64,000 nucleotides of DNA from Candidatus Omnitrophota bacterium. GTDB taxonomy: Bacteria; Omnitrophota; Omnitrophia; Omnitrophales; Aquincolibacteriaceae. The number at the start of each line of letters is the position of its first letter. Position 1 is the stretch's first letter. Location: contig DAOPYQ010000008.1 in NCBI GenBank assembly GCA_035352955.1, positions 9,701 to 73,700 of the forward strand, in the 5' to 3' direction. The translations under genes and the position numbers were made by a program. The notes beneath the pieces were generated by a model. It had not been told where the DNA came from. It made no database searches and was given only the letters and a program-made list of their open reading frames with translations. Below, in pieces: positions 48,801 to 60,800 of the stretch.

Positions 48801-51800
48801 GGCTCCGGGGATCGCGGGATTTGATCTTGCGGAAATTAAAGATCGCATTCTTGAAGTTCACGGTTCTCATAAAATCCACGAAGGACTCGAAATCGCCCTG
48901 TGCACTGATGTTTTGAAGTTCTTTAAAAACTTCCGACAACTCGATTTCACGCTGGTTGGCAACCTCCGCCGCCCGTTTTTGTTCGAGAAGGCGATCTTGC
49001 TTGTCCCCCAGATCTTTTTCCAGGCGCTGTTTTTCCCGCTGTTTCTCGGGGATCCCCGCCCGTCCGCCGTTCTCTCTCAGAGAGTTCACTTGAGCAGTAA
49101 CACTGTGGATCGCCTGAACATCCGCCGCGATCTCTTCCTGGAGCCGGTTATGATCCGCCGTCAGGGCCTGGACCTTTTCCTGTGCCTGCTGAACCTTTTT
49201 TTCCGCGACTTCCAGCAGCCCCTTCTTTTCGTAAGGTTCCCAAGCTCGCGCGATCTCAAATGCCTGTTTTCCTTCCCCGAGAAATCCTTCGAAAAGCCGC
49301 ACGGCCGGCCAGCTGCCTTCGATGTGGGCGAAAGAACTGAATTTTGAGAGATCCTGGAGAAAAGCAAAATTTCTGATATGTGCATCTGTGGCGACGCTCG
49401 CGAACCGCGACAGAACATACGTGGCCGCCTGCAGCGCGGCGATCTTGAAATACCGGTTGCGTTCGCTGAGCTTCCGGTTCCCGAATTCAAAAACCGGCAC
49501 GCCGTCCACGGTCTTGATCGCGATATCAAGCCCGAAATCCTTCAGAGCCATCCGGATCTCTTCAAAAGGTCGCTGCGTCAGTGTGATGATCGCCCCAAAG
49601 GAAAAGGCATCGCTCCCAAAGATCTCCTCGATCGGTTCTTTGCTGAACGGGGCAACCCCCGAGGGAGCGGTAAAATTGATACGATGAATATCGGGTTTGC
49701 CCGCGGTCTCACGGGCCTTCAACACGGCCAGGCTTACGAAGAAAAGGAGCCGCACGAGGGTCTCGGCATTTAAGGACTGCAGAAAGAAAATACTGTAATC
49801 GAGCGTGCTGGCTTCTTCGGGATTATTGAAGAAATCGTAGAATTTCTGATACTCCGCCGGATACTCCCGCTGCAGCGCATCGATCGCTTGCTTGGCCTCA
49901 TCAAAGGTCGCCTTGGAAATATGGGACTGCCCGTTAGAAGCGAACTTGCGGATCCGGTGCCAAAAGAAACCCTGGTTGAACCGGTTCAGGAAATCGTCTT
50001 CCTGAAAGACCCTCAGGAAAAATTCGAGTTTCTCCCGGGACATCGCCTCACCCTCGCGCGTCGCCAGTACATCGAGGGAATTAAGCAGTGCCAACGTCCG
50101 GAGATACTGTCTTTCCTTGCCGAAAGGCGCCGGATAGTTCCCGTAAAAAAGATTCTGGGTGCTGCGTTCGCCAAATTCGATCGTGCCGAGATCCACATGG
50201 AACCGGATGAGCCAGAGCACTTCTTCCACTTCTTCGGACGAATATCCCATCGTCTGCAAAATTGCGGCTTCCGCGATAAGCCCCGCCCCGATATCCTCAT
50301 GGTTGCCGGCGCCGAGCCCGATCCCGATGTCATGAAAAAATACCGTCAGATAAAAAAGGTTCCGCCGTTTGGCGACCTTCGCCGCGTCTCCGTCGGTCCC
50401 GTAGCGGATGATCTCCTGAAACGCCTTGCGGTAAAGATCGAACTGCGCCTGGTTGAATTTGATCCCCTTCTTGAGCTTGTTAAACGTATCGAGGTCCCCT
50501 TTTTCGATCAGATCGAGGAATTCGATCAGTTCGAGCGTGTGCTGGCTCACCGTCTTGTTGGGATATTTCTTGAAAATATCCCGGTCTTTCCGTGAATCCG
50601 TTCCGCTCTCAACGCGCGGGAACCATTCGAACATGGTTTTGGTCTTTAAAAGTTCTTCCAGACGGGCCCGGATACTGAGTCCCTGCGGTTTCGTCGGGGC
50701 CAACGCCTCGTCAAGCAACGGCGGCAGACGGACGCCCTTAAGATCGGCGTGGTCCTTGTTCACGAGCGGAACCTCGACCCAATCGCCCCACCGCGGATGC
50801 TTCGCCCCGGACTTCGCCTTCGCCGGACCGGCCACGGCGTTCTTGTCCTGAAGGTGGGCCTGGACCTCCTGCCACCGTTCGCGCATCGAATCGATCGAGC
50901 GCCGCAACCATGTAGGCGAACCTTCTCCGAAGTGCAACGTGGAAAAATTCCTCTGGAGCGTCACAAGGCTGTAGATGAGGTCCCGCTCTTCATCTTCTTT
51001 GAAAATGTCGAGCGTTTGCAAAAGCTGCGGGATGATGAGCCAGGAATCGGTCGCCTCGTCGTTGAGGAAGATCCTGGCATAATGCTGGAGAAATGCCGTA
51101 AGCCAGAGGATCTTCTTGAGCGGTTGGGTCTTCTTGTCCGTGTAATCGTTACTCTCGACGATATGGTAGGCCTTATCCAGTTTGTCAACGGCGTCAGCAT
51201 CCAGAGGAGCTTCCTGCCCTCTTCTTTGGTCAAAGAACGCCTTCAGTCCGCCTTCGGAGGTCCGCCGGTGCGCTTCGAGCAGACTCAGGATGTCGTAAGT
51301 GGTCCTCAGCTGATCGTAACGCGAAGAGGTGATCACCAGCGCTTCGGGAATATAGACCAGTTCGCGGATCAAGGTAACGTCGTTCAAGGCCTTCCAGAAT
51401 TCGTCGAGATTCGCACCCGGACTCTCCAGGATCCCCTTAAAAGTCGCCTTTTTGTCAGCCGGAATATTCTGGTGGAACAGGTTGACCGCATCGGTCAGCT
51501 TCCCCCTCAGGTTCCGTTTCCGTTCGGGATCGGTCGTCGAAAATTCGATGCCTTTGAAATAAGCGTGTGTGGCGTTCCGGTAATCGCCGAGCTCCCGGTA
51601 ATGGTCCCCGAGTTTCTCGAAAAGGTCCAGAAACTCTTTTCCGTTGATCTCGGGGATCTGCGCTTTTCCGAAAAGTTTCGCGACATAAGACTTCACCACA
51701 TGCATCGCGCCTTCCGGATCCAAATAGTTTTTCCGGTATTCTCCGAGCAAATTCCGGATCGCCGGAGAAAATCCGTCCCGTTTTTCCATCGCCGGAAGGA

Positions 51801-54800
51801 ACCGATCCAGAACGTTCTGGAACGGGGAAACCGCCTGAACGCCCGGGTTCTCAACATCCTGGACGATCAGATAATCCAGCACATTCATCAGCAGGAAAAC
51901 CTGTTCCGTCAGGAACATTTCTTCGGTCGTGGCTCCCGCGGCAACTTCTCTCGAGGCGAGAAAAGCCTGGATCGATTCCTGGTAAAGAAGCGCCTCAACG
52001 AAAAGGACTGCGGCTTCCGTCGTCTTCTCGTCAAGTCCCTCTGTCCCAAAGACCGACTCGGACAACCGGACACGCTTGCCGGCGGGATCGTAATCTCCCA
52101 TGACCCAGAGGGTCCTGCCTCCGTTGCTGAATTCGCTCACCATCGGAATGTTCCGCGCAAACTCGATAGCGCGGACCGCTCCGGCCGCAGAATAAGCTTC
52201 TTTGACCAAACCGTTCTGGGAAACAAGGCGGGAGAATGCCGTCTCGAAGATCTTCCGTTTCTTTGCTTTTTCATCGTCATCGCCGGAAAAACCCACTTGC
52301 GCAAGTTCTTGTTCGAGTGTCCCGCCCGTCGATATCTCGCCGATCTTCTGGGATTGATAATCCTGAGAAGGTGAAAGGACGCCGTCAAGCGCCCACGGCA
52401 GGCTCACGGGCAAAGGCTTCGCAACCCCGGCGACGCTTCTCCGTTCCGCACGGCTGCTGTCATCGAAAGTCCCCGCGATATCACTCCGGGCGCCCAGATC
52501 GGCATCCAGGATGTCTGAGACCGTACCGTCCGTCCCGACCAGAACCGTTCCGTCAAAAGCGACCGGCCGGCGATCCGACATTTTCCGCGTTCCGTGCCGT
52601 TTCGCGATCCTCGCGCCAAAATCGGCATTAACATCCGCCGCCGGCACGACAACTTCCCCGGTCACCCGGGTTGTCTTTCCGGCTGCCAAAAGAGATTTCC
52701 GCGAAGCGATCCTTTTTTCCACATTCCTGAGATCGCGCCGGAGATCCATAAGATTAAAAGCCTGCACCGAACTCGGAAGATTGTCCCCCAAAAGTTTCAT
52801 CTTGGCCGCGATCCTGGCCTCAAGCGCCGCACGTTTGTCTTCCATCTGCGCAAGCTCCGCATCCAAAGCGCCGGCGCCCGCCGCAGAGGCTGCAACCTCG
52901 GCCCTCCGCTCGGCACGACGGTCGAGAAAAGTTGCCCATGGAATGTCATACAAGGGTTTTACTTTCAGGGTCACGGTGCCTTCGTATTTTCCGGAAACGG
53001 GCTGTTTAACAGGATCGACCCGGACAACGTTGATCTCAACAGAAACGTCCTCGTATTGTCCTGCGCCAACACCGCGTTTCCCCACCGAAATGATTTTCGT
53101 TTCGCCTTCCTCAAGCGTCAGATTGTTGTTCTCTTTTTTATCCTGTTGCTCTCCGAGGATCCGGATCTGGGCCTTCGCAGGAGTTCCCGGAAAAGTTTCC
53201 ACGAGAAAAGCCGAAAAACCATTCCCAATGCCTTCCGAATGCTGCGGCCTTTGCGCATTAAGCGTCACTTCAAAAGGTGCAACTCTACGGGGAGCGTAAT
53301 GTTGCACATATTCCCACAACAGGGAATCATAGTTGCCTTTCAGAAGAGAAACATCCCAACCTTTGACCCCCTTCAAAAGACCTTCGATATGTCGAAGAAC
53401 ACTCAGAGTGAACCCCTCGTCCTTATGCCGAAGAATACTCTGCGTAAAACCAACATCCCTATCCGGGGATTCCTCCTGCCGGATCGCGGCGTCGATCAGG
53501 GGAGTCAGCAACGGTTTTAGAAAAGGCAGTTCGTAGGGCATATACGTATTGATGGCGTGCTTGGCGTTTTTCCAGGTCGCAAACACCGCTTCGGTCTCAG
53601 AAACGCGCTGCCATTTCCATCGGCGAAGCACTTCCTGCACAGTCTCCTCTTCGCCCAACGCAAGACTGCTCAGCATGTCGCGCATGAGTCGCAGGTCATA
53701 CGCCGTCAGGGCCCAATTTCCGGCAAGAAGGATGTCGGGAGAACTGTAAGCCATGACCGGAAATGCTTGGCCCCCCATCGCCTTGACGAGCCCAAGGATG
53801 CGGTCCCCGAGAGCATCGTATCCATGGACCACAAGGATCTCGTTGGGAGCCAGCTGCAAAACTTCACCGTTCGTGCCATTCTCAAGACGGGTCGTGATCT
53901 TGTGCCCTTGAAGCGCACGGGACACATCTTCCACCGTTTGATAATCCAGATCCAGGATATTGGCGTTAATCCCCCGCTCACGAAGTTTTGCGAGAATGAG
54001 ATTGCCCAGTTCCGGCTTTCCGGAAGCACGCGGCCCGCCGATCAGGATCACACTACCCCGCTCTTCCGGAAGCTCGTCAATAGCTTCTTCGACGAGCGCG
54101 TCAAGTTTTTGTTGCATGGCCCGATCCGCTCGTCGGATCAGCTCAAGCCTCTTTTCCGTAGAGTCGACCTCGTTAAGCTCCGCCAAAGTCTCCGGCCGCC
54201 AACGCTTCGCTCCGGTATCCATAACATAAGAAGGATGCGCTTCATCAAAAGGAGCCGCAAGGTCCGGATCCGCCGCAAGCATCGCGTCCACGATCCGGCT
54301 GATGGCGATCTGATAGGCCGCCTCGCGAAGCGTGATCTTTTGAGACTCCGAAACCCGCGAAATATCATAGAATGCGCTCACCACCTTATCTTCCATAAGG
54401 CCATTCCCGGCAACCTCAGGCCAAAGCTCCCCGATATTGTTCTGCCTCCATTCTAAAGAGGAAAAAGCCACCCCGCCGTCGTTGGTGGCCACATCGGGAA
54501 GAATGATGGCGCCTTTGTCGAGAAGGATCTGTTCGGATCCGTCATTTTCAAGAGGGCCGTTCGCGCCCTCGGAAATGATCTTGGCACGAATAAGCTTGGC
54601 GATATCTTTGTTAACGGTTTTTTCCTTCGCCGCAAGCGCCAGGACCGTGACGTCGCTTGCCCAGAAATCTTCTATAGATTCCACGCGAGCGTCCTCAGGA
54701 TGCGCTTTCGCATACGTCAGGATTGTGTTCTTTTTCGACGTCCCGTCCGCGTTCCTCTCGGCCAAATGCTTGTCGAGCGCGTTGAGATCGAGTCCCGTAT

Positions 54801-57800
54801 CCTTCACGGCGGCCACAGCGACGGACTGGCCATCCACGAATTCCTTGATGGCCATGACGTGCGCTCCGTTATCATAAAAGCTTCGAGCCGCATAACTGCC
54901 GACATTCCCGTAAGCTTCCACGGCGATTCTCTGACCCGCAACACCGGCGCCGATCCCGAGACGTTCCCCGTAGATCTTCAGCGCTTCTCGCGTCACATAG
55001 TAGAGGCCCAGACCCGTCGCCGGAGTGCGCCCCGCGGCGCCGCCCTTGCCTTCTGGTTTTGCGGTCACGGTGGCCACAGGAGAGCCTTCACTCCTGTCGA
55101 TATGCCGCTGGCCATAATAATGTTTCATATAGTATTCGAGATAAGGGAGGGCAGTCTCATCCTCCTCCGCAAGCGCAGCGCGGAATGCATCGTTATCGAA
55201 AAGCTCCGGATTCTTGATCTTCAGGAACTCATCAGCAAACCATCCCATTTCTCGGGAAGTCGTTCCGACGTCGCCGGCCGGCACATCCGAAAGAGGCCCG
55301 AAGGCGTTAGGATCCTGCTTTAAACATTCCGCCACATACCCGCGCATCAACCGCGCCAATTCCTTGACGGAGAGTTCTTTGGGATTGATCGCCACGCCGC
55401 CTTTACCGCCACCATAGGGAAGCCCCGCGATCGCATTTTTGACGCTCATTTCCGTCGCAAGGGCTTTGATCATAGATTCGTTCACCCCAAGGGCGAAGCG
55501 GATACCGCCTTTGTAAGGCCCTCGGTAGGGCGCATGACCGATGCGGTACCCATCAATGTATTGCGTCTCTCCGCCTTCATCCAGAGTCAGGGGGATCCTG
55601 ACACGAATGACTTTCGTGAACTGTAACAACTTCTCAAGGATCCTTGGATCAAGCCGGATCTGCTCGGCCACTTTTCGGATCTGCGCCTGCGCATTCCTCA
55701 GGAAACCTTCCCCCTTCTCTCCAGCTTCCGTCTTGAGCTTCACACCCTCCGGATCTGTCTCCATATAACGAATCTTCTTCCACCGCTCAGCAATCTTCGC
55801 AGTAGTTTCCGACGCTCCAGCTCCCGCATCCTTCCGCAATTCCGAACGACGGACAGTCGCATCAAGCGGCCCAGCGGCAGCCGAACGCGCCACAAAATCA
55901 GCGGCAGTGATCGTCAGAGTCTTCAGATTGCAATTCTTGGCAAGCATGATCTCGACGCGAGTCAAAGGCAGTGCGGGATCGATCGCATCAAGAGGGATAT
56001 CGAACCCCCGGGTCGTTGCGGTCACCGGATACATGTAAGTGCCAAGGACCCTTTCACGGGAACCTTTCAGCCCATAAACAAGAACCTGAATGTTTGCCGC
56101 CTGCCCCTCCTGAGAAAGTTCTGGCGCCAGAGTTGTCAAACGAAGCGATGCCGCTTCCGAAGCGGGTTTATTGGGAGTCAGAGCCCACAGAGCGCTCCCG
56201 GCCTTTTTGGCATCGTTGCGCTGGATCAAGACCGTTCCGTTCGTCACAATCACCGAAACAGCCTCCAGAGAGGTCCACCCCGCCGTAAAATCAAACGGAT
56301 CCACCGGCGTCAGCGCTACCCGGTGAAAGCGTAAAGGCTCCGTCAGCATAGCGGAATCCGTAAAAGAAATGGTGTTCGTCTGCCCCGGCACGATCGTCAT
56401 TTCGTCGCTCGTTACCGGCGTCCGTTCCCCTGTCAGTGCATTTGATCCCAAGACGAACGCAACCGCTTTAAAAGACGCGGCATTGGTCCCTGAAACAACA
56501 AATCCGATCGTTCCGGTCCCGCTCACCCGACCCGGGTCGTAGCTCGTGGTACGAACCACCAAGTCTTCCGCAAAAGAGAGAAAAGCCGACATAAAAAGAG
56601 CCGTAAACGCAATCCCCCTCGCGGCGTTCGAGCGCGGCGTAAGATTGCTCAGCCGCTTCTCGGCGCGAGACGCTTTTTGCTCCAGTAACGCTAACACGTC
56701 CGCGTAGAGAGCCGGCTGTCGATCCTTAAGAAAGATCTGCTCCTTGCCATGACTGCGCGAGATTCGAAGGCCTTCCAATCCCACGATGGCCTCGAAGTAA
56801 ATGTCATGGTAAGGCATACGATAAACCGTGTAGTGATGAGCCAAAGTGGGAAGAGATTGGATCGCTACATCTCCGGACCGAAGATAGATCGCGTACTCCT
56901 GTAGCGTCAGATCCATACCAAGTTTCAACCTCGGCACGATTTCTTTTAGCCTTATAGCATTCAACGCCGGGGTCACAGCCGCGACGACCCGCGCAAAAAC
57001 ACCGCTAAAGCCGGATTTGCCGGAAGCGGGCGTTTCTTTTAATGCCGGAAGCCGGACAGGCTTGTGTTGGAGCGAAACCGACAGCGCCGCCGCGTCAATG
57101 GCGCCCGCAATCGTGTTCCCGCGCCTGGCGATCGACGTACCGATCACGCGATTCACCGCCAAGGCCTCTTCCAAGGTCAGAACGGCATAAAACTTCTCTG
57201 CAACCTTCGGCGCCTCCGTCAAATTCGAGGCCCGGAACACCCTGGCGACGTTACGCACTTCGTCTGCCGTAAAGGTCTCGGCTGAACCCTTTCGCGCAAG
57301 CACTCCGTTAAAAATATCCGCGAGCGACTGATACTGGCTCGCGGTCAACGCATCCTGCTCCGTCGCACCCGTCTCACGCAATTCCGCGCGCCAGGCGCTA
57401 ACAAGAGCGCTCACGAACATATCGCGATGCCAGGACTGGCCCAGCACCCATTCGACCTCTTGTAATTCTTCAAAACTCATCATCCCCGCCCAGGCGAGGA
57501 AATCAAACCGAAGGTTCGCGCCTTCCTCTTCAGTCTTGCCCGGAAGAAGTTTCTTGAGCAATTCACTCTGGAGACCGTAGCCTGCGCGGCCAAAGATCTC
57601 GTTGGCGACAAAAAGACCGGCCCCTTTTTCAAAATCGATCCCGACCTGGGGATCATAATTAGAATCGCCCTTCTTGAACCAGGGCGGACTCGTCACGCCA
57701 CCGCGGGGCTCGCGGATCGGCTGATCCGCGCGGTTGATATCGACGCCGCTCCCAATACGAGCCTTTTCATCTCGAGCCGAGGCGGACGCATTCTTCCTGT

Positions 57801-60800
57801 CATCATTGTCGTTACGCTGGGGCATGATGGCGAACACGATCACAAGCGCTCCGGCGGCCCGGTAGGCCGAAATCAGCTTTCGGTCAAGAAGCAATCTTTG
57901 TTCCTCTGTCACACTCGTTCCCTTCGCCGATCCCAAATATGCGATTGCGAAAAGACCGCGCGCCGCCGTGCCATAGTCCGAGATCGTCTTAATGGAAGGA
58001 CATTCGATATCGTTCGGAAGAATAAGGCAGGAGAACTTCGCCCCCGGTTTCATGAAGACGCCGCGCATGAACTCGAGCGCGTCATCCATCACCATCGGCG
58101 TCGTGTCCCCCGCCGCGAGCGCTTTTTGATAAGCCTTTTGCGTTTTCAGATAATTTTCATAATTTTTCTTAAGCGCTGTCTGCTCGCCTTCAGGAAGCGC
58201 TTCAAAGATCTTCCTCATGTTCTCCGTGGTTTCGTCAGCCTTCATGGCGATGGCGAGCGCCTTGCCGAGATGACGGTCGAGAACGTTCCCAAAATCATCT
58301 CCCTCTTCGCGTTCCGCGAAAGGATCCACGTCCCTCTTGTAATCAAAAACCTTGTCTTGGTTCTCCGGACCGATCCCCTTCAGTTCGATCCCCAGCTGGT
58401 TGTGAAGCTTGGCAATAATCCCTTCAGTCGTATTCCCATCGCCGTTGATCATCTTGACGTAGCGCTCGGCCTTCTCCCGTCTGGAATCACGCAGCATTTT
58501 CTGAAGCGCGGGATCCCGAAGCTGAGCGATTGAATGGACCAGGACATAGATGGTTTTAGCTCCGGGGTAATTGATCTCTTTGCCCTCCAACGGCGTTCCC
58601 TTGGAATTAACCTGGATCTCGAAACCAACCGTAGCTTTGATGCCAAACTTCTTCGCGGCCGCGAGGAACCGCTCCGCTCCGGCCAACGTGTAATGATCGA
58701 TAAGGCCTACCGTCTGAAGCCCGGCGCGCCAGGCGCGGTAAACGATCTCTTCGGGATAGAAGGGGCTGTAAGAATCCTTGCCGTGAACGTGGTTGTTGCT
58801 TTCAAGTGAAAGCGGCGCACGGCGGATCTTGCCCGCTTTCGCAAGCGCGACGATCTTGTCAACCGCGGCTTCGCGGGTAGCCTGGCTACGGCTCTTCAGA
58901 TCGTTTTCGAGGAAAAGAAGTTCATTTTCGGAGGCGATGTCGTTCCCCATTTGATTGAGCGTGGGGTGGTCACTGCCGCGCAGGTCCGCGGCAAGTTTTT
59001 CATAAATGCGCGGGGGAATGAACTGCAGCACATACGGCAGATAAAGCTGGCGGAAGAGCGCGAGCGCGGCATTCGGGTTCTCTGCCGCTGCCTTGGCAAG
59101 GATCTCCGTCTTAAAATATTCCATTGCGCCTTCAAAATCGCGGTTGCGGTCGTTCTCGACTTTTCCGATATTGCTGTAAAAACTGAGCAGTTTCTCGAAC
59201 CGTTTCGACCGGTATTCCGGATGCGTCGTATCGAACGCGAGCCTGAGGAGCGCCATCGTCCGGCGTAATTCAAAAGGGTTTGTCTTAAGGTCGATGGTTT
59301 CCTGGGCAATCCCGCTTTTTTCGATATCAAACCGGGCGACTTCGTCACCGGGGCGGGCCCCATAAAGAACGACCTGTATCGTTTCCTCGCCGGCGCGGGA
59401 GACTTTCTCGATCACGGCGCGCACAGCCAGTTTGTCGTCCGCCAGCTTCACCGGGTCGCGAAAGCTTACGGAATACGACTTGCTTCCCCACCCCATGCTT
59501 TTTACATCGTGGACCGTGTCTGGCCTGAGACTATCCGTCAACTGATCAAAATAATCGTAGGTAAGGCCGCGCTCCTGCATGATCTCCGGCACCGACGCAG
59601 TCGAGGCTTCAAGCGCCTCCACAGCCTTTTGATATTCTCCCTTCTGCACCAGATTCCGGAATTTCTCTTCACTGCGAACTTCCGCGCGGAAATCTCTGGC
59701 TGAAGCTCTTGGAAGGGCTAATCCCCTGTCAGAGGCCTGAGGCACCAACAGCAAAGTACCGTCCTTCGGTTCGACCACAAAGATCGTGCGGGAAGATGTT
59801 TGATAAGGCCGGAACCCGCCGGGCCCGGACGTTGTGAACATTTCAAGCCGGTTCTTCCGGACACGCGCGGAAACAAAAGTAAGCGGAGCCGACGGATAAC
59901 CGGTCAGCATCGCCAAAGACACTTCTTTTGAACCGGCCAAACGCTCGAGCAATTTGACCCCCTGCTCAAAAGTCAGCCGCTTATTTTCGGACGGAGGATT
60001 CACGACCCGTGTCGCGACAATCTCCCGCAATTCCGCACGAGAGCCCAATATGTTCGCAAGCGCGGCTTTCGGGCTCTCCCCGCGCAGTAACTCGGCAGCG
60101 ATCGCAGAGACGACAAACGGGCCCTCGGCGATCAAGTCTTCACCGAAAAGACCCCAGAAAGCATTGGGAGACAATTCCCTGATCGTTTGTTTATGACCAT
60201 CCGAAATGACGGCGATGGAAGGAAAAGGCCGCGTCGGTGGTTGAGACGGATCCACAAGCAATGACATCTGCAGACTTACCACAAAATCCTGAACCCGTTG
60301 GGCCGCCATAGCCACCAGCGCCCCTTGGGACGCCTCCAGCATCACTGCCACAAACCCTGTGAATTCCCCTTTTTTCTCGAGGATGTCAAGAACCTGGCCC
60401 ATCGTAACCACGTCGGCTTCCATGATTTGACCGGCTTTTGCATTCGGCTTCCGGGATTTCCCTTCCCTCCGTTCGGCCCTTTCACTCTCGCCCCATGCCG
60501 CGGCTCGCTCCTCGGGAGATTGAGCCTGGAAACGCCGCCACTCTTCGCGCTCCGCTTCGGGACCGGTCAATTGCGATCCGTCTTGCAAGGAACGGGATGC
60601 GGTTTTCCGCCCAAAGTCTTCAACATACCGGACGCCTGCCGCCTGAAGCAACTGCGCGACTTCAATTCCGACCGGCCCTGCCAGTTCCACATCGGGACCC
60701 ATCAGTTGATCGAGGCGCACCGCATCGAAAAACGCCCCGCCCCGGAGCTCGGCACGGACAGTTTGGGCCTTCTCCTGATGTCCGCGGATCGCGGCGTCGA

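Noticed and set aside
43561-53520. Numerous plus-strand ORFs (up to 541 aa, e.g. 50749..52374, 47053..48090, 52594..53520) antisense to the giant gene
   Set aside because: All are antisense to a frame carrying in-register GDH, HD, PHP and TM modules. Their products are low-complexity Arg/Pro-rich sequences expected from high-GC antisense frames.
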